A stretch of DNA of 64,000 nucleotides. Origin: Paragordius varius (Eukaryota; Animalia; Nematomorpha). The notes below the pieces were generated by a model that was given only the letters and a program-made list of their open reading frames with translations, made no database searches and had not been told where the DNA came from. The stretch lies in NCBI GenBank assembly GCA_964247055.1, contig OZ176055.1:6014001-6078000 (forward strand), given 5' to 3'. Positions 12,523 to 25,200 of this stretch are shown one piece after another. A program made the position numbers and the translations under genes. Position 1 is the first letter of the stretch. Every line of letters starts with the position of its first letter.

Positions 12523-15500
12523 ATAATTCGCTACATCAATGTTATATAAGTTCAAAATTTTTGCCATGGTTTCAACGCTTCATTCCAAAACATAGCATCA
12601 AAATATATCAAACTCTATTTTAAAAACAAAACAATATTTTTTACAAATTCTTATTTTTAAATGCTGACTCCGAAACTCTCAAATTTATAACATTCTCTAA
12701 AATGGGCCAGTTATAAAATAATCGCAAAAGCCCAAGGTTGCCCGAAAGCAATATTTGATATAACTGCTAGATTATGACATCAAAAATTTTTTGAAAAATG
12801 CATACCTTTCTTCAAAACTTTGGTGAATGTACCTCATTCTATTGAAGCAAGTAAACCGTAAATAACGCCTTAAGATATTAAAAAACTTTTATATAATTCG
12901 AGGATGCTGATCATTTCATCACCTCAAAATTTTGAATTAAAAGTTTATTTGCTTTCGTTTTGGTTATGAAATAAAATCACCATATTTTTGAAAACGAACA
13001 ATTTTTTTAATCACATTTCTGAGGTGATAAAAATGTTTAGCATTCTCGAAATATATAGAAAAGGTGATTTTATAGTATCTCAAAGTTTTTTTATACCGTT
13101 TCCATCATACCGCAAAATAGTTTGAAGGCTTCAACAAAATTTTGCTATAAATTAGATATTTAAGCAAATATCCTTTTTTCAATAAATATTTTTTTATATC
13201 GAAATTTAGTATTTTTCAAACTTTATATCGTCAATATCAATTTTACCTTTATAGAAAACTAGCCCGTGAAATGCAAAAATTTTTGGGATTTTTGGAGTCC
13301 ACATCCAAAAATTTTTTTATAAATATTGCATTGTTTTTTATATGTTTTATGATATATTTATAATAAAACATTTAGCCTTTCTCAAAAAAAATATTTAGCA
13401 AAATGTGGGCAAATTTTACCAATTTCTGATATGTAATAATCAAAAGATAACTCAATCACTCGTAAGGGCCAAAAACAAAAGAACCACGATACCAACACAT
13501 TTTACAATTAGATTATATATATTTATAGATATTTTATATACCCCACGATTTTTGACGCGTATTACCTAAATTTTTATATTAATGTAGGGTGTTGGTTTTA
13601 AAGCGTAATTTGTGGAAACGAAAGGTTTATTCGAATTCCTTAAAGATATTATTTATAATGAAGGCGTTAAACAAAGTCGAAATATTTTTTGGAATTCCCC
13701 CTGTGCTAAAGAAAACAAATCATATTTAAACTTTGAGGTCATACATATATTCATCAGCATTGAGTTATGAAAGGGGTTTTACGAAATCTTAAATTGTCTC
13801 ATACAGTTTCCATCATGCTTTAAAATACCATAAAACTCAACAAAATTTAAAAGTAGAAATTCATTTCTAAATTTGATTCCCTTTTGGGGTACTTTGTATC
13901 TCAGAGCAATTTTATTTATATACTGGGCTTAAATTTAAAATGTACATTCAGTTAAACTCATTCAATTTTCATAAAAATATTTAATATTGAAAAAATCATC
14001 ATAAATTTTTTTGCTTTCTTTAATCTTTGTTAAATCGCTGAAGGCAATGATTATGGTTAAAAAGTCTTAATATTTAACTTTAGAAATCTCTCTATATATT
14101 TTGATTTCGAATGAGCTTTGTGTCAATCGGAATTTAGAGCTATCCAAATTTTAGACTTAAAAATTAAAAAAGAAAATTCAATTTAAATCAACAAAACAAT
14201 TGTTTATTTATAAGATTAATGTCTGGGGTATAAAATTAACCTAAAAAGTAATCCTTAGGAAAGGGTAAAGAAGCGAAATAATAGAAATTTAGGTTTATTA
14301 TTTTCCATTTTTTGAACATTTTTGATAAAATACTTTAAACCCATAGAACATAATAACTGCTTGCAAAATTGGGGGGGAGGGTATAAAAATATCCTGATAA
14401 AGATTATCGTAAAGCTTTTGTTTTTGGCTACAAGTGATATAAAAAAGTTATTGTTACTTTTATACTACCTGGTCCATAAAAAATAGCACGATTTGCGCAC
14501 ACTTTGTTACCCAATATTTTTGGTGGCAAAGCTAAATGCTTCATTCCAAAAAATGTTGCTTATAAACTACATAAAAAACTAAAACATATTTTTATAATAT
14601 TTAATCTAGATGTGGGCTCCAAAAGACCCAAACTTCTAAGTTCTTCTAATATGTGCTATTCTCAAACATACGCAAATAAACCGCGATATAAAAATATTAT
14701 ATATATATGTATATATATATATTATATATATATCTCAAAGTTTTGATATCGCCTAAATAATTTTTAAAACAATCGTACTTTCTCAATAATTAAATTTATA
14801 ACAAACTTTCGCTAAAGCGTACATCATATTATTTTGAGGCTTGATAGAAACGGTATAAGTATACTTTAACACTTCGATTCAAAGGGCATTTAAATACCCG
14901 ACTAAATTTAAATTGATATATTTAAAAAACCACTCAATGAACTGTTTATGCTTCTATTCTAATAAAAATATATAATAAGCCAAAATATCCAAATAAAATT
15001 TTGTTTTGAAAAATAAGTTCCATCTCAAACTATTTCGACGCCATTTTTATTTTACAAAATTTTTGCAAAATACCGTGTTTATTTGATTCTAACGTTAAAA
15101 TTAAAGCTAATTGTTTCTTTAAATTACATTTACATTGATAAAAATAGAAAACGTGGTTTATTTTTTATTAATTTTGAAGTTAGTCAATGCCCATATGTTA
15201 CGCTGACTAAATTTTTATCTTCCGGTTTTACATTAAAATAAGTAATATAAAATTTTTGAATAAACTTTTTAATATATTTCTGTTTATTAATGTTATATAG
15301 GCGCAAAATTTTGTTTTGGTTTAGATTCCATCCATATTTTTTAATGTATTTAATTTTAAACAGGCTTGGGATATCCAACTACCCCAATTTAAATCGAATG
15401 ACTAAAATGAATGTGTTGTATCCAAGTGTTAGGATATTATAATTATACGTGTTCATAATTCGATTATGCTGACCATTTCTATCGCTTCACAACATTTTAA

Positions 15501-15850
15501 ATTGGCTTTCAAATTTTTGGAATTTGTAAAAAAGGCTTATCTTAATTAATCATATGAAAATATTCAACATAATCGAATTATATAGAAACTACATCTTACA
15601 AAGCGTTTTAATACCATTTCCATCATATCTCAAATATTGTGAAGTTGGCTTCAAAAATATTTTTTGTAAAATTATATTTCTTAAAATGTATGATTTTTTA
15701 ATATGATATCAACATTTAGCATTTATATAAAATTTAATTTTGCGTTTATAAAGAACGTTTATGGGGATTTTTTTTGACATGTGCGCAAATTGCGCCATAT
15801 TCTGTCAGGCAGTATAACTAAGTTTTTAAATTAATCGTAAGGGCCACATT
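12523..15850. repeat. Cluster of nested foldback/MITE relics
   Basis: Inverted arms at ~12889-12932 and ~13010-13057. ATAC(C/A)(G/A)TTTCCATCAT at ~13095, 13801 and 15611, with an inverted copy at ~14840-14855. 13360-13480 resembles 15710-15850 (ACATTTAGC, ATGTG.GCAAATT, CGTAAGGGCC). Confidence 0.55.
14870..15428. mobile_element. TTAA-flanked MITE (piggyBac-like by target site only)
   Basis: TTAA|CACTTCGATTC ... GTATCCAAGTG|TTAG. The 3' ~90 bp is nearly identical to 59185-59256. Confidence 0.6.
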
Positions 15851-16297
15851 AAAAATACTATGATTATGATCATTTTTCTATTGAATCTATATATTATCAC
15901 GATATATTTTGTGTACACTATGATATTGAAATAATTTAATAATTGTCCCATAAAGTTAATCAAAATATATAATATTTATTAAAAGTTTAATTTTAAAACG
16001 ATTTAACATGATTTATTTTTAAAGCCAATATTCTTAAATTAATCAATTAATAAATCCATAAAAAATTACATTTTTAAAAAATAACCGGCATTTTTCTCTA
16101 ACCCTCCATTTTTATTAATAATTTAACTTTTTCTACAAAAAATATAATATTTAACTATACTTTTCTTTTTTAATTAGCTCGTTCTCAAAATATTTTAACT
16201 CTTTTTTGTTGTTTTAATATGTAATTTAAATATTCATATTTTTAACCTTTGCATTTACGTCTATACCTTTGTTAACATATGCTCAGAACGTTAATTT

Positions 16298-19200
16298 ATG
16301 ACCAAATATTCAAAAAAGACTAATAAGTAATTATATTTAATATTTAGATTAAACTATCATGGACAGCAAAATCAACTTAAGGATTTAGCAACAACTTTGA
16401 AAAAATCAGAGGGTAAAATAGCATTAATTATCTCATCATAAATTATTAAAACCAATCATTCTTTAATAAAATGAGATATCTTTTATTTTTATATAGATAT
16501 ATTACTACCAAGATGTTTAATTATACGGAAGGATCACAAAGGGTATGGCTTAACTGTTAGTGGAGATAATCCAGTTTATGTTCAATCTGTTAGAAAAGGT
16601 TTATATTTTTTATAATTAATAGATGGAGCTGCCGATAAAGCTGGTGTCAGGGAAGGTGACAAAATTATTAAGGTATTTATTACTAAATGCTAATTATAAA
16701 ATCTTTGAATTGTTGCAATAAAATATCTTTTTCCAAATTATTAGGTAAATGGGAAATTGGTCACTCACGCAAATCATGTTGAAGTCGTTCGACTCATTAA
16801 AGGTAAACTTTTGCAAAATTTTTTTATATTATATTGATTATAACATATTTGGATTTAATGTTTGTCGCATCTATTTCAAAAATTTTTAGTGATAATTTAT
16901 ATATTCATTATTAAATATTTATTTTGGGATAACCGCCCAATCAAAAACTTATAAATTATTTTCTAAACTTATCATTTTTTGGAATCAAGAATGATCAACG
17001 GGTTTCACAACCTATTTAAGTATATTTATTTTCAGATTTATCTGAAAATTGCACTTGAACAAATTTTAACTTTTAGGTTAAGATGCCTTATTACACAGAA
17101 ATACATATATGTATATCATTTATCTATATTGTTATTGTTTTTACGTCAAAAGATGTTTGTGTGTTAAATTATAACATATATTTATATGCGACAACAAAGT
17201 GTTAAAAAATTTGACATGAAAACCTTTAAACTATTTCTTGTATACGTTTAACTTTGTTTCGTTTTGAATATAAGAAACATCTCAGAATCCACATACTTAT
17301 AAGCAATTTCTTTATCATAATCTATTATTTCTTTTGGGACTTTTTTAAAAATATTTTAAATTTGTAGTCATAATTTGCAGTGATTTTTTACGATACCCGC
17401 TTATGAATTGAAAAGATAGGGCCTGTTTTCTGAGGAAATAAGAAAATGTTTAAAATATCGTATAAAATGGCACATTTACATGTACCATAGTTTTGTCTAA
17501 TTCTTAATTTTTTTGCATAAATTTAAACCTATAAAAAATGAATGCTCTTTTATTTATACCATTAATTATCTATCTTCTATACAATATTTTTCATAATATT
17601 ATAATTATTCCAATAGAATGAATGATATTGTAATTATTGATCTGTCGTACTTATTTTTGCATTTTAGCCATTGTCTTTAATTTGAGTCTTTAAAACAATA
17701 CATAGCATTTTTGTTGTGTCATCGTTGTGATAATTTTACTGGTTATATTTTATATCATACCGGGTCAAATACATATTGATTATTATATTGTAATGAATTG
17801 ACTGACCCTTAAATTAAAATCTTAATCTTGATTATCTTACAAAATTAATTAAATAATATCTTAATTTCCTCTCACTTCCAAGAAACATTGCATGTGGTTA
17901 GTGTACCTGCTTGTACTTTTTAATATTGAAAAAAGAACCATCCACATGCCTAGTTTGATCATCTTTAAAATAGATACATACAAACAGATATAAAGGTTTT
18001 GTTCTGTCCAATTTACCAAAGACATATTGATTAATTCGTAATACATAATGATATATATACATAAAAAGCGACATTTATGGTGTATAAATACTTTCTTTAT
18101 ATTATATCTAATTAACCATGTACAATTATAGCAATAATAAGGCTTGAGTATATACCATTTTTACCTTATTTTTTATGTTTCCATAATTTCCGATCATATT
18201 TTGTGTTTTGTTGACATTACACAATACATCTTTGTCTGTTTATTTATTTATTTAAGTTTTGAAACATTGATTAAAATGAACAATTTCTTTTCGAACTTTG
18301 CGTTTGCACATTTAAATGATATATTCATTCCTTCTATTGAATTGACAATATTGCAGGCATACAATTAGTAAAATTCAACACCTTATCTATGCTTAAAATA
18401 TATATCTATATATGTATATCATATGAAAAAAATTGAATACGACGTATATGTGTAAAAAGTGAGTTTTGATATCATAATTTTAAATTTGACTCTTGCTATG
18501 TTTAGAATTTGCGTATCTATTTCTCTAATCATTGCCTTTGCTATTGCTTCTGTATTGTATTGTCTGTGTGCGTAGTGTACGTAATACTAATGTTTGGTGT
18601 GGTGAATGACTTTTAATGACATTTTTTCCTTTCTGGTATCTCTATCTATCCTGCCTTCTTGCATCACATATTTATACCATCATCATCAAATATGCAATAA
18701 TGTTTTTTATCTGTACATATCAAATGCGCCTTTTTTGCAAAAGCTTTTCTTTGAATCATATATTTGTAAAGAATAATTACACTAACGTATGGTATAAAAC
18801 AACGTCTGTGTCCATAATTGAATAATAATATAGGGAAAAATGTTTAATTGTAACACCATTTGTTGTTTTTTACATACACTACTGGAACATTTTCATTTAA
18901 TACTTTTTATATAGGTATGAACCATATTGTCATCGGTATACTTTCTATCTTTTACAAGTTCTGAAATCATTGCCAATATTTTTTGCTTTTTACTTTATAA
19001 GTGAAAGTTGACTTTTTTGTTTGAATTGTTTCGAACAAACGACCTAGCTTAGATAGAGGTCTGCTACCACAAAACATTTATTGGCATAGTTTTGTCGTTT
19101 TATTTTTGCTATTTTATACTTTATGATCCATATTTTTGGCAGCAAGCTAATAGAAATAGTTACCTGTAGTTGTCAAATATGATAAAACGAAATAATTTGA

Positions 19201-22200
19201 GTTTTTTCCCTACATTATATAAAATTTTGTGAGTGGATAATTAACATATATTGTATTGCTTGCTATATACATCTTGAAAAACGTATTTTGTAAATTTCAA
19301 GGACGGACCTTTTTTACAATTCTTTCTTAATTATTTAATAGTTATAATAAATAACTTTTTAAAACAAAACAACATATTTTTATCTATGGTCCGTCCATCC
19401 AGGCTAAAATTATTTTTTCTCTGCTGTTGAAAATGATTTTTTTAAACACTTTTTATTATAGAGATTAATTAATTTCTCATATATTTTAATTTAGATCAGG
19501 GGTGTCCAACACTAATCGCTTAGCGGACCGCATTTGAAATATACATGGGCATTCATTATAAACGTAAGACTGTAATATGCCTATACAATTAAACAGTTTA
19601 TACTAGTTTTTGTTAATTGGGCAGAATTATTTATAATAAATTGTTTGAGAAACATCAATTTAACTAAGATTTTGTTAGCATAATTTTTTAAATTTTGAAT
19701 TTTCAAACTTTCGCGGGCCGCACGAAATCTCCCTTGATTTAGATGTATGATAAAGTTTGGTGTTTTATCCAAAAGTAGGAGATCTAAGATACAGTAGCGT
19801 ATGGCATAAAACAATGTTAGAAAGAAAAATATTTTTTTTAACTAAAAACTAGTTGTATATAGGCATATATATCCCCCTTTTTAAAAATATATTTATTTAT
19901 TCTTTTATGGACTAATATTGTTTTATTCTATACGTAACTGTATATTTTTTCTGACCAAATTCAATGATTTAATTTAAATTCTGGCAGATAAATAAAATAA
20001 TACATAAAAAGTTGTATGTTTTTAATTGTTTATTTTTGTTAAAATTAAATATAAAACATACATAATAAATAAAGTCAACAATTTGTCAAGAGGCTCTATT
20101 TATTATTATTATAGCTTGCTGCGTCAATTATATATAGGAGAGAGTGAGTTATGTCCTCTTTTTTATATAATATAAAATTATTTTTTTGCAGCGCATATAT
20201 TATTCGCATCTCAACCATTCTATGTAATAATTAATTAATTATTAAGGTCATTTTATATGACAATGGACGTATAATTATGTAATGTTACAGTAGGGTATGG
20301 TAAAAAACAACAAATGTTGTTTGAAATTAAACAAATTATTTCCCGTATTTTAGCATTTGTTTTTATGGATTAACTTGTATGTTCATACTAAATTGTAGGC
20401 TTAGTCTGAAATAGAGAGGGGTAGCTCAATTTTTTTTTAAATTATTGAAGTTTAATTTTGAAATCAATAAAAAATAGTGGAACGCTTGCGGATATCTGCG
20501 AACTGGTTTGAAAAATTCTTTGTTTGTCATTTTGTAATTTTTTATGGTCGGAGGTCTGAAAATATGGGCTATTTTAAACGGACTAAAATTTACTTCGTGG
20601 ATGCATTCATTAAACATTTAAGTATATTAAACCGAAGCATTGCTCTTTAATATAATTTGGCCGTCATAAATACAACCTTATTTCCAAAAAAATATTGTTT
20701 TTTTATTTAAGCTAAGCTATAACATTTGCATAATTAATCAAGTATGGTAATATATATGTGCTGCTTATTAGAGGTATGGTATGCGTAGATTTCACAATAT
20801 CTGCAATGGAATTTGTAATATAGTTAACTCACACTTTTATTATTTTTTCTATAAAATCTATCACCTTTTGCAAGAAAAAAAGTTCATACCTAGCTATATC
20901 ACCTAAAAAATATTTGCTTACAAGATGACACTCTTTATCTTTACGATTGTTTTATCATATTTTTACCTTTCGGCTTTAATGTGCTAGTTTTTTTTCACAC
21001 ATCATTAATAGTTTTGTTTGAATAGATTGTCTGTCGTTCGAATTTCAAATTGTTTTTTGAACTAATTTTTATTTTTATCTACCTCTATTTGAAAAAATGG
21101 TGCTAATTCCTTTATTCAAGTAAAATTTATATATAAAGATATCTTTCATATGATGCGATTTTCTGAAGTTTTAATATTATTTGAGCAACAGGCATTGTAT
21201 ACAAAACTAATTTGTAGTCTAGTAAACATCTAAGAGTTTTGCCTTGTAACTTATTTCATTGGAGTTTTTAACTACAAATTTTAAAATTATTTAAAAATTT
21301 TCTCCATTTTTAATTAGATGAGTATGCCTTAAAATATTTAAAATTTTATAAAAGTTGTGCTACATTAATTATCGGTTAACACACACAACACACAGCACAG
21401 TTGGATAGATGGAATGATGAAATGATTTGGTTATTTTAAAGTGTTTGGTTTGGTTCTGCTTGCAAATAGAAGCACAAAACGTATCCGTTTTTAGTTTATA
21501 ATTTTAATTTTTTCAATTTTTCCAGTTTTTTTCTCTGCATAAAACATCTTTCTAAAATTTGATTTAAATTATTTTTTTTCATTCCGGTATCATCATAAAA
21601 TGTATGTTATGTTCTCTCTCTCCGAATATTGTAAATGCTATCTATCTATATTGATTTATATCTTTTTTCCAGTGCAATGCAACTCATATCTATAAGCCAC
21701 CACAAGTTTTCTTTCTTCCTGTGATGAGGATTGGAAAAATTTAAAAATAAAAACTGAATATTTCAATTTTTAAATTTTTTGGTTAAATTATTATCGTAAA
21801 TATATGTTTTGTAATCCATGATTTTATCAAATCTATTATTCTATCATCATATGAAAATTGAGAAGGTATTCTATTATATATTTGTTCGATCATTTGTTAA
21901 TTATTATTATCATTTCTTTTTACATCATTTACTGACTAGATGTAGTATGTATGTAATAAATATGTATGGTAAGATATTTGGAATTTGAACTTTAACATAG
22001 AATAAAATAAAAAAATCAGTAACTAACCAGCAGTGGTAGAATTTATTTTATTTAATATATTAGGTTTTTTCAGTTTTATGGTAAGATTTTGTTTCACTAA
22101 CTGGTTGTTAGTCAAACCTTAATTTGACTCAAAATATTTTTTTAAAATCTAAATTTGGTGTCCACAGTTTTATAAATGAATGATTCTTTATACAATTAAT

Positions 22201-25200
22201 TATTATCGACATGGCTTTTAGATAAGATGTATTTTAATGATTTGTGATGAATAAATGATTAAATCATATAACATGGTAGTATCCATAAGTTTTAAGAATT
22301 TAAGTAATATACACTTTTATAGATTGGTCGGTAGTTTTACCGTAAAGGCTAAGCACCCATTTAAACCACAAAGAAATTTATTGATTTCTTTTATTTTCAA
22401 TTTAGCTTCATCGTATGTCGCATTGACCGTTTTGGGAGGATCATCCAACACTCACCTACAACAGTTTCCAACATCCTACAATGACAATGTTAATGTAAAT
22501 TCATCAACTTCAAATACTTGCATTAACACTAACAGAAATAATTTCAATTTAAGCGAAAAAGATTCCTCAGATTTCCAAATCATAAACAATTACCTTTTAC
22601 GACAAAAAGATCAACAAGGCGTTAGATCACACCTAATTCAAAATAGGAGCGGTTCACAATTTTTAACTACAGCAGTCTCGGGTAATGTCAACGGAGATTA
22701 CACATCCGCATTCGATGGGAATTGTGTTCGAAGAGCTGGTGGTGATACCGCGTCACCCTTTTTAACACCCCAAATTGGGCCCAAGCATGGGGGAAATGCG
22801 CGATTGCTGTTATCATTAAACTCAAATGGAAACCTTACGGACAATAATAGAATTATTAATAATAATAATTTTAACAAAAATATTGACTCCAATTATAATA
22901 ATAATAATAATAATGGGAAAGCGTTTCAAACAACAAACTCGTTTACTTCCATAGATGATCATATTACCCCTAAAATTTCATCCGTTATAAATCCTACTTG
23001 TCAAACGTTCACATCAAATAGAAACGGTAAAGATACAACTGTTAATGGTATACTACCGACGACTCGACTTTCAAATACAACGACACTTTTACCCAAAGAG
23101 TCCAAAAACTCTCTTAATAAGGATACTGAGGTAGTTATTAATTATTGCTTCAAAATTAATTGTAAAATGAGTTTTTTAACTAGTAATATTATACCATTTA
23201 CAGTTCGAATTTACCCTAAAACAATTTAAATTCACCCTTGAACAATTCAAATTTACCCTCGAAAAATTTAAATTCACCCTCGAACAATTCAAAATCACGC
23301 TAAAAGAAATTACGTGTTTTTTAACAAAATTACCAATATTTTTTATAGAAAAAAATAAAATTACCTGGAAATATATATAATACTGAAAAAATAATAAACC
23401 ATGCCATAAGATTAATGATGAGTTAGATTAGCCCGAAAACACATAATTTATTTTAGGGTGAATTTGAATTGTTCAAGGGGGAATTTGAATTGTTCGAGTG
23501 AGTTCGAATTGTTCAAGGGTGAATTTGAATTGTAAATGGTATATAATAACTGATTGACAGTTTACACATATAGTCAACACGATAAAAAGTAATCTTATTC
23601 AATACTTAGTATGCAAATACGTCTAACTAAACATTTAAATTTTCACAAAGAAAAATGTAAAAAATGAAAGTGGTTCAAAGTTAAAAACTTTATTATTTAA
23701 TAATTTAATTTATCCACTCGTCGTTATATACCATTTACAGTTCAAATTCACCCTTGAACAATTCAAATTTTTAAATTCAAATTCACCCTTAAACAAGTCC
23801 ACCCTCAAACAATTCAAATTCACCCTAAAATAAATTATGTCTTTAAAATTAAAAATTATCTATATATATTTCTACTTTTATGAAATGAAATTTTGTCTAA
23901 AACTAATATAATACTGAAAAAATAATAAACTTAGTCATAAGAATATATGCTATATTAATGATGAGATATATTAGCCCGAAAACACATAATTTATTTTTAG
24001 GGTGAATTCGAATTGTTCAAGGGTGAATTAGAATCGTTTAAGGGTGAATTTGATTTGGGGTGAATTTGAATTGTTTGAGGGTGAATTTGAATTGTTCAAG
24101 GGTGAATTTGAATTGAAAATGGCATATTACATTTTTATTGTATCACACTTGATAAAAGCAAGCTTAGTTTAAATTTTTCTGGACTGGCCGGACTCCAAAC
24201 CCATTCAAAATACTTGGGTCTTAGAAATTTTTTAATATCAACTTTTTTTATTCAAATTTTTTATTAAATTTAAAATATTTTTACCATATTCAAAATTTTG
24301 CATACGCATGATCTAAAATATTAATAAAGTAATGGAAAGGGACTTTTTTGATAAAATCATTTATTTAAATAATTCTCGTTTGAAAAAAATATTGATTGTG
24401 TGTTTGTGACAAATTATGATAAATTTATTTTTTTTTCGCTTTAATTTTTTACTGATAATATTAGCCAACTGGGGATTTTATTCAGCTTATATGTGTGTGT
24501 TTTTTTATTAGTAAAAATAATGAAAAAAATGGTTAAGGAAGTATACCGCTATAACTGATATATGCATTAAACTATCTAAGCCAATTTATTTATATACGTT
24601 TTTTTTCAACATACTTATAGTTTATTAATTGTTTTTATGATCGTTTCGTATTTTGATTTAATTTTGCTAGAATGTTCTTAACCAAAACCACAGTTCAGTA
24701 AAAGACCAAATTTCAACGTTAAAAAAGTTGTATAATCAAGAAGCTATTATATTTCAGGTATATCTATATATATATATATATACTTTTTTATTTAATCATT
24801 TAATTTTTTTATTGGTTTTTATTGACATATGATGATGCATGTTAGAATTTGCAAAAACAGTATCTATATAATCCATCCTACAAACTTAAACAAGAGCTAA
24901 ATGCGGTCAATCAAAGGTTAAATTCTATCAACGAAAATATAAATTCACTCCTAAATAATTATTCGATGTCAACCACCGCGGCCATATATAATCCGACACA
25001 TTCGTTGGTAAGTTTATTAGTTTTTCTCCCTTAAATTTTTTCATTGCGCAAATTTTTTTATAATCAAATCGATTTAATTTATTTATTAATGTAAAAATGG
25101 TGTTTTAGGATCTAAATTGTTCAGATTTACGGCGAGGACCAACCTATATGGACAACAATAAATTAATGGGTATGCGTCTTTTGATTTAGCGACAATAAAA

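Noticed and set aside
5198-21000. Numerous 60-90 aa ORFs from the track in intergenic and intronic DNA (e.g. 5198, 6159, 9786, 14504, 18616, 19581)
   Set aside because: They are F/I/L/K/Y-rich products of AT-rich or repeat DNA with no motifs or consistent splice structure.
21933-21954. TGACTAGAT, the miR-279/996 family seed
   Set aside because: No complementary arm forms a pre-miRNA hairpin, and the rest of the sequence does not match the family.
23194-24122. Arrays of ~21-bp direct repeats, superficially CRISPR-like
   Set aside because: There are no unique spacers, the arrays are inverted subterminal repeats of a MITE, and the context is a eukaryotic intron.
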